64,000 nucleotides of DNA from a virus (lineage: Duplodnaviria; Caudoviricetes), in the IMG/VR virus record IMGVR_UViG_2844496579_000002, positions 17,685-81,684 of that record; one strand, 5' to 3'. The translations under genes and the position numbers were made by a program. The notes beneath the pieces are model-generated. The model was given only the letters and a program-made list of their open reading frames with translations, was not told the DNA's origin and searched no databases. Shown here piece by piece: positions 1 to 8,471 of this stretch (position 1 is its first letter; every line of letters starts with the position of its first letter).

Positions 1-293
1 TTCTTGTTGCTGACGAAAACTTCCGGAGCAGCAATCACGAAATCATCGCTCACCACTGCGGAGCTTGCCTTGATCAGCAGTTCGCCTGCGTCGTCGGATT
101 CGGCGTCGAACTTGTCGCCAAGGATGATGCTCATTTCAGGCTTGACGACACCGATCTCGCGCCATCCTTTGTTGATGAAGGTGGCGTTGTTTTCCAGCAT
201 TGCTGCCAACGCAGGAAGCGACTTGTCAGACCCTTCGTGCGGGATGTGGATGGCGATATGAGTTGCGTTTTTGGTCTCGATAACTGCGAACAT
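1..293 (-). CDS. Early-left hypothetical phage protein (runs off the window edge)
   Basis: ATG at 293 with GGGAG RBS; open frame MFAVIETKNATHIAIH... to position 1. Confidence 0.7.
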   Translation of the reverse strand, partial: MFAVIETKNATHIAIHIPHEGSDKSLPALAAMLENNATFINKGWREIGVVKPEMSIILGDKFDAESDDAGELLIKASSAVVSDDFVIAAPEVFVSNK

Positions 294-463
294 TTGCTTC
301 TCCCTGTTTGCTCACGGCTTGTGAGATTTCATTCGTAAGCCCGCTCTAGGAACGGGCTGGCGGATGAATTCCGGAGCAGCGCGCTACCTGGCTGTTCCCT
401 AGCAACTGTTCGATAAATTCAAACAGTTGCGTCGGCTCCAAGCTGCGCGCTGCTTCTTCAATC

Positions 464-790
464 TCAGCCGACCTTGGCGACGCTGAAATCAGCTTCTTCC
501 AAGTAGTAGTACGTCTTGTCGTGGCGGTTGTATTCGCACTTCAACGTGCCGACGTACTTCACGCCATCCACCATGAATTCTTGGTCGTACACTTCGGCGC
601 CGCAGTTGTAGGAGCCTTCGCAATCCTCATGGGCACGACCGCGCAGCATCTCTTCGACTTCGCCTTCGGCGTCTTCCAGCGTGGCGAAGACGTTGTTTTC
701 TGCTTTCTGCGTCCAGAGCAGTAGAGCTGCCTCTGCGTCCTGCAATGCGCGCTTGGCGCCAGCAATGTCCTGCTCGAGCTTTTCTTTCAT
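464..790 (-). CDS. Early-left hypothetical phage protein
   Basis: GGAG RBS before ATG 790 (MKEKLEQDIAG...), acidic 108-aa ORF. Confidence 0.75.
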   Translation of the reverse strand: MKEKLEQDIAGAKRALQDAEAALLLWTQKAENNVFATLEDAEGEVEEMLRGRAHEDCEGSYNCGAEVYDQEFMVDGVKYVGTLKCEYNRHDKTYYYLEEADFSVAKVG

Positions 791-1102
791 CGGTATCTCC
801 AGGTTCATGAAAATGCCTGAGCCGGGAGGGCTGGCATTCAGATAAATCTGGTCTGCATCGCCCCTGACGGTTCCAGTTCGCAATACAGACTCGCGGCTCT
901 GTCGGCTCAGGGGTTCTCCGCTAACTACCCCTTCATCGCGTCCACCCAATTCCAGCTTGGGCTAGGCATTCCTCTTTCGACTTCACCCTCGGATCTGGCT
1001 AACCAGGTACGTCAGGTCACGCATGGGCTTGCGGTACTTCTCTGCATCCGACCCGTTACTTGCTGGCCTGCGGCCTAAGCGGTGTGAGTGCATGGGAGAA
1101 CA

Positions 1103-1142
1103 ATAGCATCCGCTATCGCATTGGGTCAATAGCATTTGCTAA
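1103..1142 (-). promoter_or_regulatory. OL operators / PL of prophage 1
   Basis: ATAGCATCCGCTAT (1103-1116) and ATAGCATTTGCTAA (1129-1142) match the palindrome ATAGCA-NN-TGCTAT at 2344-2357. Confidence 0.8.
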
Positions 1143-1160
1143 GATTTTTCCGTTGGACGT

Positions 1161-1182
1161 AAAAAAGCCGCCCGGAGGCGGC
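1161..1182 (-). terminator. Rho-independent terminator of the cI-lipoprotein operon
   Basis: AAAAAA-GCCGCC-CGGA-GGCGGC; near-identical copy at ~38358-38380. Confidence 0.75.
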
Positions 1183-1200
1183 AATTCAGCGGCTTAAAGC

Positions 1201-1836
1201 TTATCTACTGATGCACTGCACGTTGTTCCCGTAGCGGTTGCAAGTGGTCTGGATGGTCTGCTGAGTCGGCAAAAGGTACGGCTGTATTTGGACCGGCTGA
1301 ACTCGCATAAGAGGCGCCATGATCGCCATGTTCTGAGACTGCTGTGCGGCGATTGCCGCATTTGCAGCTTGTTGGCGCTGGTCGATAGCGGCGTAGCTTG
1401 CCTCGGCTTCGGCGCCGAGCCTGGAGGCCGCCGTATTGAATTGACCAATGGTGATCTGATCCTGATAAAGCCCGGCGCGAAGGATTTTCATATCAGCCCG
1501 CATCTTCCCGTAGACAGATGAAGCCCCATTGGCAGCATACCTTGCGAGATGGGCCTGTTGCTGGTCATAGCAAGAATCAAACACCTCATACCAGACAGCA
1601 AGCGCCGCTTTTTGCTGTGCATCAAGGTGGTTCGCGTCCGACAGCTGCGGAAGGCTGGCGCTCATAGGCCGTGGAGGCATCACGGCATGAAGAGGGGCTA
1701 GCCGAACATCTTGCTGGGCTGCGCTACAGGTCTGCTCGACAGACGCGGCATCGCGCTCCGCTTGCATTTGCTGATGGTTAGCGCATCCCGCAAGAAGAGC
1801 CAGCGTTATGGCCTGACAAGATAATCGCACAATCAT
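1201..1836 (-). CDS. Lipoprotein downstream of the repressor (possible superinfection exclusion)
   Basis: Lipobox LLAGC; C-terminal TTCNRYGNNVQC; directly downstream of cI. Confidence 0.75.
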   Translation of the reverse strand: MIVRLSCQAITLALLAGCANHQQMQAERDAASVEQTCSAAQQDVRLAPLHAVMPPRPMSASLPQLSDANHLDAQQKAALAVWYEVFDSCYDQQQAHLARYAANGASSVYGKMRADMKILRAGLYQDQITIGQFNTAASRLGAEAEASYAAIDQRQQAANAAIAAQQSQNMAIMAPLMRVQPVQIQPYLLPTQQTIQTTCNRYGNNVQCISR

Positions 1837-1899
1837 CTCGGGTCCTTTTCACTTGGGGTGAACAATTCAAGCGTAATGACGTTTCCGTCTGCGGTCCAA

Positions 1900-2280
1900 T
1901 TATGCGGCCTCTTCGTCAGAGGCGCTTCGCTTGCTGGAAGATGTCCCTAAATATGCCGCAACTTGTGCGGCAACCCACTCCTCGATGCCCTTACGTTGTG
2001 CATCCGTAAGCTTGGCCCATTCCGCTGGGGGAATTGAGGAAAATGGCCATCCGGTCGGTAGAGGCGACGAATCAGGAGGTAGGTCCAGGGTCCCGCTTGA
2101 GAGGCCTATCTTACTTTCCATGTTGCGCGCGGCACGCTCACCAAAGCTACGGTGCCCATTTATTAATTGGGATACGTAGGTCGGGTCGATCTTCTCGTGT
2201 TGACGTGCGAAAGCGGCGATGCTGCCCGCTTTTGTCACGAGCGCTCGTAGGTTCGCAACGCGGTGGGTTCTCTCTTCCAT
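1900..2280 (-). CDS. cI: CI-like repressor (HTH, no S24 peptidase domain)
   Basis: HTH-like SIAAFARQHEKIDPTYVSQLINGHRSFGERAARNME; divergent from cro; flanked by operators. Confidence 0.85.
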   Translation of the reverse strand: MEERTHRVANLRALVTKAGSIAAFARQHEKIDPTYVSQLINGHRSFGERAARNMESKIGLSSGTLDLPPDSSPLPTGWPFSSIPPAEWAKLTDAQRKGIEEWVAAQVAAYLGTSSSKRSASDEEAA

Positions 2281-2331
2281 AGCACCGGCATTCTGCGCAG
2301 CCCCATAGCAATCGGGAATTGACATCTGCTA

Positions 2332-2360
2332 TTGTCCTTTCCGATAGCACATGCTATCGT
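2332..2360 (+). promoter_or_regulatory. PR promoter with overlapping OR operator
   Basis: TTGTCC-17nt-TATCGT; operator ATAGCACATGCTAT 2344-2357; ATG 7 nt after the -10 (probably leaderless cro). Confidence 0.75.
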
Positions 2361-2367
2361 CGCGCTC

Positions 2368-2619
2368 ATGAACCTTACCGATTACCTCACCAGCGGGAAG
2401 AAAAGCGCGGCCGAATTGGCGCGCGACCTCGGCGTAGCCCCGGCGCTGATCTATCAGTGGCGTACTGGGCTGCGGTCTGTGCCGCCCGAACGCTGCGTGG
2501 AAATTGACCGGGCAACTGGTGGCGCCGTTACTCGCCGCGACCTGCGCCCCGATGACTGGCAGCGCATCTGGCCCGAGCTGGCCGACCCCGCGCCGCGGCA
2601 GGAGGCCAGCCATGCGTGA
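2368..2619 (+). CDS. cro: Cro/YdaS-family HTH regulator
   Basis: AELARDLGVAPALIYQWRTGLRSVPPERC...VTRRDLRPDDW signature. Confidence 0.88.
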   Translation: MNLTDYLTSGKKSAAELARDLGVAPALIYQWRTGLRSVPPERCVEIDRATGGAVTRRDLRPDDWQRIWPELADPAPRQEASHA

Positions 2620-2860
2620 GATCAATGACCGCCAGAAGGCCCAGTTTGAGGCGATGCAAGCGGAAGTGGCCCGCATCCAGACAACTATTGCTCCGCGATT
2701 CTCGAGACGTTTTCGGCGAGTCGGTCTAAGTGCCGTTCTATTGCTAGCCGCATTTCTTCTCGCATCGTTGACGGGAGCATGGCTGCTTTCGCGATATTGG
2801 CCCGAGACGCGAACTCTTGCGCAAGTCTGTTTCGATGCTCTTCGGGGAGCGTCCCTATGA
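2612..2860 (+). CDS. Small putative membrane protein
   Basis: GGAGG RBS, start overlaps the cro end, one hydrophobic segment; overlaps an antisense ORF. Confidence 0.45.
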   Translation: MREINDRQKAQFEAMQAEVARIQTTIAPRFSRRFRRVGLSAVLLLAAFLLASLTGAWLLSRYWPETRTLAQVCFDALRGASL

Positions 2861-2909
2861 GAGTTTCCAACAAGATTTCCACAGCATGCAGTCGCGCTGA
2901 ATCTTCCAT
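2685..2909 (-). CDS. Antisense-oriented small hypothetical protein
   Basis: AAGGA RBS, TACACT -10-like box upstream, helical 74-aa ORF MEDSARLHAVE... Confidence 0.65.
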   Translation of the reverse strand: MEDSARLHAVEILLETLIGTLPEEHRNRLAQEFASRANIAKAAMLPSTMREEMRLAIERHLDRLAENVSRIAEQ

Positions 2910-2976
2910 GGCCGGTTCCTTTCCATCTGTTGCGTGTGAGAGCCAACAGTGTAAGGGGGAGGGACTGGCCGCCCAT

Positions 2977-3138
2977 TCAGTGGAAAACCCCAACAGCCAT
3001 ATCCCGGTTCATACGGGCCTCGTCCTGCTCGCAGCAGAGCCTACGAAAGATGTCCATCACGGCGCTTTCGGTCGGTTCTTCGAAGGCGCGCAGGGCGATG
3101 TCTTGAGCTTGGGTCAGCAGGGTTTCGGTTTCAGTCAT
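2977..3138 (-). CDS. Antisense-oriented small hypothetical protein
   Basis: 53-aa ORF MTETETLLTQAQ..., purine-rich RBS, CACACT -10-like box upstream. Confidence 0.6.
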   Translation of the reverse strand: MTETETLLTQAQDIALRAFEEPTESAVMDIFRRLCCEQDEARMNRDMAVGVFH

Positions 3139-3230
3139 TTCTCGTTCTTTGTGGAGTTGCGGAGTGATTCCAGTGTGGCCGGTCCGGCCCGCAACCGCAC
3201 TCAAGCGTTATTGCAGAAGGTTGTATCCCA

Positions 3231-3539
3231 ATGAACTCACCCATTCCCATCCGCATTGACATGCAAAAGCCCTCAATGGAACGCGAATTCCGCCAAGCCT
3301 TGACCGACCCCCGCACTAAGGCGGTGGTCCGCGATGCCCTTGGTTGGGATGAAAGCCAGGTAAGCCGCTTTCTGTCTGGTGGCATGGGTATCACGATCGA
3401 CAAGATCGACGCGGCTATCGGCGCCCTGGGCGCTGTGGTGACCAGTCCCGCATACATGGACTTCCTGGCTTACGGCGCCAAGATCGGCGCGAACTGCCAC
3501 TGTGCACGCGCCGGAATGGGCGAGTGCGGAAGACACTGA
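3231..3539 (+). CDS. CII-like HTH regulator
   Basis: VRDALGWDESQVSRFLSG HTH at the cII position. Confidence 0.7.
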   Translation: MNSPIPIRIDMQKPSMEREFRQALTDPRTKAVVRDALGWDESQVSRFLSGGMGITIDKIDAAIGALGAVVTSPAYMDFLAYGAKIGANCHCARAGMGECGRH

Positions 3540-3540
3540 C

Positions 3541-3954
3541 ATGAACAAGCCGCGCATCCGTGTCACCCCCGCCACGCGTCAGATGCTGATCCAAGCAATC
3601 CTGAACGCGCCTGATGGTCACTACGTGGCTATCCAGGAGCCGAACCGCAGCCTGAACCAGAACGCCAAGCTGCATGCCATGTGTGCGGATATCGCGGCGC
3701 AGATGACCTGGATGAACCGCAAGCTTGGCGTTGAAGACTGGAAACGCCTGCTGGTTGATTCCTGGATGCGCGAGACAGACCGTATGCAGCTGGTGCCGTC
3801 TTTGGATGGCAAGGGCGTTGTATCCCTTGGCCAACAGACCCGCACCATCGGCGTCAAGGACATGGCCGAACTGATTGAAAGCATCCTGGCCTTCGGCGCC
3901 ATGAATAACGTTCAGTGGACCGACGAGCCACATATTCCGGGGTGGGTGAAATGA
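3541..3954 (+). CDS. ninB: NinB recombination protein
   Basis: RSLNQNAKLHAM...EDWKRLL...MAELIESILAFGA motifs. Confidence 0.88.
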   Translation: MNKPRIRVTPATRQMLIQAILNAPDGHYVAIQEPNRSLNQNAKLHAMCADIAAQMTWMNRKLGVEDWKRLLVDSWMRETDRMQLVPSLDGKGVVSLGQQTRTIGVKDMAELIESILAFGAMNNVQWTDEPHIPGWVK

Positions 3955-4295
3955 ACTTCTTCAAGATCAAGCGCCTGCGCTCCGAGAAACACCGCCGCAA
4001 TGTGGCGTCCCTGGATTGCGTCGTGTGCGGTGCTGGTGCCCCTTCCCAATGTGCCCACGCCAATTTCGGTAAGGGCCTGGCGTTGAAGGCATGCGACTCC
4101 CAGACGTTTGCAGCTTGCCCACGTTGCCACCGCATGCATGACAGCAGCGGCATCAACAAGGAAGCGCGCCGCAAGCTGGAAGTGCAGTACGTCGACCGTA
4201 CGCGCGCTGAATTGATTTCTCGCGGCCTGTGGCCTGCCTCTGTCGAGGAAGCCTACAAGGTCGCCTATGAGCCGATGAAGAGAGCCGCAGCATGA
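3951..4295 (+). CDS. Zn-binding putative nuclease (DUF968/DUF1364-like)
   Basis: CxxC...AH...CPRCH motifs. Confidence 0.7.
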   Translation: MNFFKIKRLRSEKHRRNVASLDCVVCGAGAPSQCAHANFGKGLALKACDSQTFAACPRCHRMHDSSGINKEARRKLEVQYVDRTRAELISRGLWPASVEEAYKVAYEPMKRAAA

Positions 4296-5011
4296 ACTTC
4301 TACAAGCACTACATCGGCGACTTCCAGCGCGATACGGGGCACCTGTCGCTGACGGAGCGCGGGGCTTATTTGGCCTTAATACACCACTATTACGCGACCG
4401 AATTGCCGTTGCCGAATGACCATGGCGCGCTGTGCCGCATTGCTGGCGCGTTCACCAAGGCAGAGCAGGACGCAGTGAAGTCCGTTACCAGGTTCTTCAT
4501 CGTCGTTGAATCTGGCCTGATGCACAGCCGGATCGAGGCGGAGCTTGAAAAGGCAGGCAAGCAGGCAGACACGAATCGTCGTATCGCTCAAGAACGAGAA
4601 GCCAAACGCAAAGAGGCTAGAACGTTCAACGAACAGAGCACGAATCGTGCTACGGGTCGTGAAACGGTTGGTTCAACGAACGATCAACCTAACCAGACAC
4701 CAGACACCAATAAAGAAAAACATATGTCGGCTGACGCCGACCTGCCGACCCGATTTTCGGAGTTTTGGGAAAACTGGCCTGGGTCACAACGCAAGGTGGC
4801 AAAGGCTGAATGCCAGAAGCGCTGGAAGGCCAGGAGACTGGATTCCGTTGCAGACCAGATTTTAGGGCACGTCGCCGCCATGCGACAGACGAAGCAATGG
4901 CAAGACGGCTTCGAACCTGCCCCCCTGACGTACCTGAACCAGAAGCGCTGGGAAGACGGCATTCAAGCCGACCTTGGCCCTGGTGAACAACCCTGGGAGG
5001 GCGCGCTGTGA
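4292..5011 (+). CDS. Replication initiator (YdaU/DUF1376 N-terminus)
   Basis: MNFYKHYIGDFQRDTGHLS..ERGAY..L; C-terminal FWENWP..K and TYLNQKRWED. Confidence 0.88.
   Translation: MNFYKHYIGDFQRDTGHLSLTERGAYLALIHHYYATELPLPNDHGALCRIAGAFTKAEQDAVKSVTRFFIVVESGLMHSRIEAELEKAGKQADTNRRIAQEREAKRKEARTFNEQSTNRATGRETVGSTNDQPNQTPDTNKEKHMSADADLPTRFSEFWENWPGSQRKVAKAECQKRWKARRLDSVADQILGHVAAMRQTKQWQDGFEPAPLTYLNQKRWEDGIQADLGPGEQPWEGAL
4571..4720. repeat. Putative replication origin iterons within the initiator gene
   Basis: ACGAATCGT at 4571 and 4640, GTTCAACGAAC at 4624 and 4671, tandem CCAGACA then an A-rich tract. Confidence 0.5.
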
Positions 5012-5370
5012 TCGGCCACGAAACCCTGATAGCCCTGCGGATGAAGGGCTACAAGCCGAGTTCGGTGTTCGTCAGCATCCTTCGTGGAAACCCTGACTAC
5101 ACCGTGTTCACCCACCCCGACATGGTCATGTCCCTGGGTGGGCAACCGGAGATTGACCTAGGGCCTGACGACTCGCCCAGGACTGCCGACTTTCGGTGCG
5201 TGGTGGGCCTGGCAGTGCACCTGGTCGGTGAAGACGAAACCCGTGTCTTGTCGGTTGCAGACAGGGTTATCCAGTTCCGCCCGCTTTGGCTTCTGGCGTC
5301 GGGGTTCAGCGATGAATACCTGTACCGCTGGACGCCCGCTGACGGTATGAAACGCGTGGAGGCGCAATGA
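5008..5370 (+). CDS. Hypothetical phage protein
   Basis: Start/stop-coupled ORF between initiator and helicase. Confidence 0.7.
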   Translation: MIGHETLIALRMKGYKPSSVFVSILRGNPDYTVFTHPDMVMSLGGQPEIDLGPDDSPRTADFRCVVGLAVHLVGEDETRVLSVADRVIQFRPLWLLASGFSDEYLYRWTPADGMKRVEAQ

Positions 5371-6311
5371 ACAACGTGATCCAGATGATCACCCCGGAGA
5401 CGTTCGATTTCCGGGCGTACATGGTGGAGTCCGAACCGAAGGCGAAGGTCATCTCTGCCGACGTGTGGACTGAAGACCTGGTCGAGTCCATCCGGGGCGG
5501 CCATGCTGTGACCGGCGCCAGACTCCCCTGGGCGAAGACACATGACCATCTCCGGTTTCGTCCGGGTGAGGTCACAGTCTGGCAGGGGGTGAACGGGCAC
5601 GGCAAAAGCCAGTTGCTCGGCATGGCATGCATAGCATTTGCTGCGCAGGGGGAACGCATCTGCATAGCGAGTTTTGAAATGAAGCCGCTGTCGACCCTGA
5701 AACGCATGCTGCGCCAGGTGTCGATGAACGAGAAGCCCAGCGAGGCGATGGCGCGGACCTTTGGGGAATGGACCAAGGGCAAGGTGTGGCTCTACGACCA
5801 GCAGGGCACGGTCAAGCCGGAGATGATCTACGCGGTCATCCGGTATTGCTCTGCCGAACTGGGCATTAAGCACATCGTCATCGACAGCCTGATGAAGTGC
5901 GTTCGCGGCGAGGACGACTACAACGCGCAGAAGGATTTCGTGGACATGCTCACATCCCTAGCCCGGGATCATCAAGTCCACATCCACCTGGTGCACCACG
6001 TCCGCAAGGGCGAGAACGAGGAAAAGCCCCCCGGCAAGTTGGACTCCAAGGGCAGCGGATCCATCTCCGACCAGGTTGACCAGTTCCTGACGGTCTGGCG
6101 CAACAAGGCCAAGGAGAAGGCCCGGGATCAATGTGCCCGTATGGATACGCCTTTGCCTGAAAAGTTCGCCAACGCTCCGGACGCCATGCTCATTTGCGAC
6201 AAGAACCGCCACGGAGAGTGGGAAGGCGGGATTGCGCTGTGGTTCCACGCTGGATCTTTGCAGTACGTCGCTGACAGCCGCTGCCAGCCGATCAATCTCA
6301 TCGGATGTTAA
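5367..6311 (+). CDS. DnaB-like (SF4) replicative helicase
   Basis: Walker A GVNGHGKS, SFEM, Walker B IVIDSL, LVHHVRK, KGSGSI, KNRHG. Confidence 0.9.
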   Translation: MNNVIQMITPETFDFRAYMVESEPKAKVISADVWTEDLVESIRGGHAVTGARLPWAKTHDHLRFRPGEVTVWQGVNGHGKSQLLGMACIAFAAQGERICIASFEMKPLSTLKRMLRQVSMNEKPSEAMARTFGEWTKGKVWLYDQQGTVKPEMIYAVIRYCSAELGIKHIVIDSLMKCVRGEDDYNAQKDFVDMLTSLARDHQVHIHLVHHVRKGENEEKPPGKLDSKGSGSISDQVDQFLTVWRNKAKEKARDQCARMDTPLPEKFANAPDAMLICDKNRHGEWEGGIALWFHAGSLQYVADSRCQPINLIGC

Positions 6312-6313
6312 TC

Positions 6314-6679
6314 ATGACCCAACTTATCCAAAAGATCGCCGACGCGCTGGCCAATGGCCGGTCGATGACCTCCAAGCAGATGGCAGACGAATTTGGGTGT
6401 GCGTTGCCGCATGCCCGGCTCCTGTCGCATCGGCTGCATAACGCCCGCCAAATCCACATCCGCGAATGGGTGCGGGTCGCAAAGGTAGGCAGATACGCCC
6501 CTGTCTACATGTGGGGCGATGCGGTCGACGCGCCGGCACCACTGTTAGAGCAGGAGAAGATCGTCAAGCAGGCCGAGACGGAATCCTACGTCACCATCGC
6601 CAAATTGCGCACCACCGTAGACCCGTCGGTATTCGACCCTTTCCGCGTGCTGCGGGCGCAGGTGGGGGGGATGGCATGA
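6314..6679 (+). CDS. Winged-HTH-like hypothetical protein
   Basis: MTSKQMADEFG...LHNARQIHIREW pattern. Confidence 0.6.
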   Translation: MTQLIQKIADALANGRSMTSKQMADEFGCALPHARLLSHRLHNARQIHIREWVRVAKVGRYAPVYMWGDAVDAPAPLLEQEKIVKQAETESYVTIAKLRTTVDPSVFDPFRVLRAQVGGMA

Positions 6680-7311
6680 AGCAAATGGACGTGGTCCTTG
6701 ATCCGATGGCGGCCACTCAGTTTGGACGAACCCGTATGCAATGCCAGGCCAGGGGATGTGATGGGTGTTTGGTCTGCGAGCCGGAGAAGTTTCCAGTTTC
6801 GGCGAGTACCAGAGCAGTAAGCCGGCCGGTGTACTCGATATACGGTATTGACCCTGGCCCGGAGGAATCTGGCTGGTGCGTCTATCTCCCTGATCACCAT
6901 CGAGTGCTTAGTAGTGGAGTCAAGAAAAATGCGGACCTTCTGCACTATTTGCAACTTGTTGACCATACGCGCATCGCCATCGAAATGATCGCTAGCTATG
7001 GCATGCCAGTAGGGAGGGAGGTATTCGAGACGTGCGTATGGATCGGTCGCTTTATCCAGGCGCTCTCCAGCTGGAAAACCGCTGAACTCGTCTACCGCAA
7101 GGACGTAAAGATGCACTTGTGTGGGACGACTAAGGCGAAGGACAGCAACGTGCGGCAAGCCATCCTAGATCGATTCCCAAGAACAGGTGGCGGCGCGACC
7201 CCGCAAATCGGCACCAAAGCCAAGCCAGGCCCCTTGTACGGGGTCTCCAGCCACGCATGGCCCGCTCTCGGTGTGGCCCTGACCGTTCAAGCGCAAGGGG
7301 CGCAAGCATGA
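6676..7311 (+). CDS. RuvC-like Holliday junction resolvase
   Basis: GIDPG, IAIEM, K..V..A.. and HAWPALGVA motifs. Confidence 0.75.
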   Translation: MKQMDVVLDPMAATQFGRTRMQCQARGCDGCLVCEPEKFPVSASTRAVSRPVYSIYGIDPGPEESGWCVYLPDHHRVLSSGVKKNADLLHYLQLVDHTRIAIEMIASYGMPVGREVFETCVWIGRFIQALSSWKTAELVYRKDVKMHLCGTTKAKDSNVRQAILDRFPRTGGGATPQIGTKAKPGPLYGVSSHAWPALGVALTVQAQGAQA

Positions 7312-7433
7312 ATTTCTTTGAAATTGTCGGGATGATCACTACCACTGTCGGCCTCTTTGGCGCCGTCATGTGGGCCACTGGCATCTTGACGCTCGACATT
7401 GAGATCCAGGTTGACCGAGGGGATAAGTCATGA
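7308..7433 (+). CDS. Small membrane peptide
   Basis: ATGA-coupled 41-aa ORF MNFFEIVGMITTTVGLFGAVMW... Confidence 0.55.
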   Translation: MNFFEIVGMITTTVGLFGAVMWATGILTLDIEIQVDRGDKS

Positions 7434-7588
7434 AAACCGCCACCAAGTCCAGCGAGGTCAAGCCCATGCAAGCGCGGGCATACGTCCCCAACATGCAGAT
7501 GCGCCAGGTAGCCGAGAAGCTAAAAGGCATGCCACGGCTCGTATCGCTTTCGAGCAACGTCAGCCACTACCGGCAGTTGGGGGAGTGA
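7430..7588 (+). CDS. Small hypothetical protein
   Basis: ATGA-coupled 52-aa ORF whose stop overlaps the Q start. Confidence 0.5.
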   Translation: MKTATKSSEVKPMQARAYVPNMQMRQVAEKLKGMPRLVSLSSNVSHYRQLGE

Positions 7589-7992
7589 TGCGAACGAACC
7601 TTGAGTTGCTTCTATCCGACTGGGGCCGACGCCAGGATATCCGGCGCGACAAGGCATTGGGCTACCCAACCGCCGCTGCGTTCTCCAAGGAGCGCGTAGA
7701 CCACGATGGATGGGGATACAGCGGGCCGGAAGCCTGCGCTGCTGATGGTGACATGCTGCGCGTAGATGTGGCAATCAACAGCCTGCACCCGGACATGCGC
7801 GTCATCATCACCGCGCACTATGTGTGGGCTGGGCCTGTGAAGAAGAAGGCCGACATGCTCCATATGTCCAACCGCGACTACTACTACGCCCTGGAAGCGG
7901 CCCATAAGCACCTTGCGCACAACATGGGTGGCGTTTATGCCAAGGGATATGAGCCTAAATTGTGCGCACACGTTGCAGCACTGTGCGCATGA
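7588..7992 (+). CDS. Q-like late antiterminator
   Basis: LLSDWG...VDVAINSL...HY...K.KA..L...Y..LE.AH pattern; last early gene before PR'. Confidence 0.75.
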   Translation: MRTNLELLLSDWGRRQDIRRDKALGYPTAAAFSKERVDHDGWGYSGPEACAADGDMLRVDVAINSLHPDMRVIITAHYVWAGPVKKKADMLHMSNRDYYYALEAAHKHLAHNMGGVYAKGYEPKLCAHVAALCA

Positions 7993-8001
7993 AAGTAGAG
8001 T
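7973..8001 (+). promoter_or_regulatory. Late promoter PR'
   Basis: TTGCAG-17nt-TAGAGT, with TGTGCGCA repeated at 7961 and 7982. Confidence 0.55.
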
Positions 8002-8103
8002 AAAGGGTAGAGGCTGTATAGGTGACTGTGCAGCCAGCAAGCCAATGCGGAGTCACGCGCGATCAGCCGCTTATACCGGTAGCCGAAAGGCTGTGACAAC
8101 CCC

Positions 8104-8136
8104 AGCCCCTGACGAGAAATCGCCGGGGGCTTTTTC
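8104..8136 (+). terminator. tR'-like terminator
   Basis: AGCCCC...GGGGCT stem followed by TTTT. Confidence 0.65.
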
Positions 8137-8329
8137 ATTTGGAGCGTGACATGGACAGACGACCGAAAGACGTTCGGCCCTGGGACATTCGTCCTTCTGC
8201 TTAACCATCAACCAACGCGAGTATCAGACTGCCGCCTCGGGAACGCGCTTCAAGCCCGCTCCTCCACTGTCCCAAGGCGCTTACCTTGCAGGCGGCAGCC
8301 TAATACTCGCTAAGGCACCGGAGAACACA

Positions 8330-8449
8330 GTGCAAGAGATCCTGGTCTTCGCGGCACAGGTCGCAGCAATCGCCGTGTGCCTCTCAATCACAGTCGTGGC
8401 CATCGCATATCCGTTCGTAAAGGCGTATCGGATTATTCGGGGTCACTGA
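8330..8449 (+). CDS. Small hydrophobic peptide (39 aa)
   Basis: GGAG RBS, GTG start, one TM segment, basic C-terminus. Confidence 0.55.
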   Translation: MQEILVFAAQVAAIAVCLSITVVAIAYPFVKAYRIIRGH

Positions 8450-8471
8450 AAGACTATCAAGGAATATCAAC

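Noticed and set aside
791-949. N-terminal extension of ORF 464-949
   Set aside because: Better RBS at ATG 790; the extension overlaps a structured non-coding region
8020-8140. tRNA in the late leader
   Set aside because: Hairpins are present but there is no T-loop GTTCRA or cloverleaf
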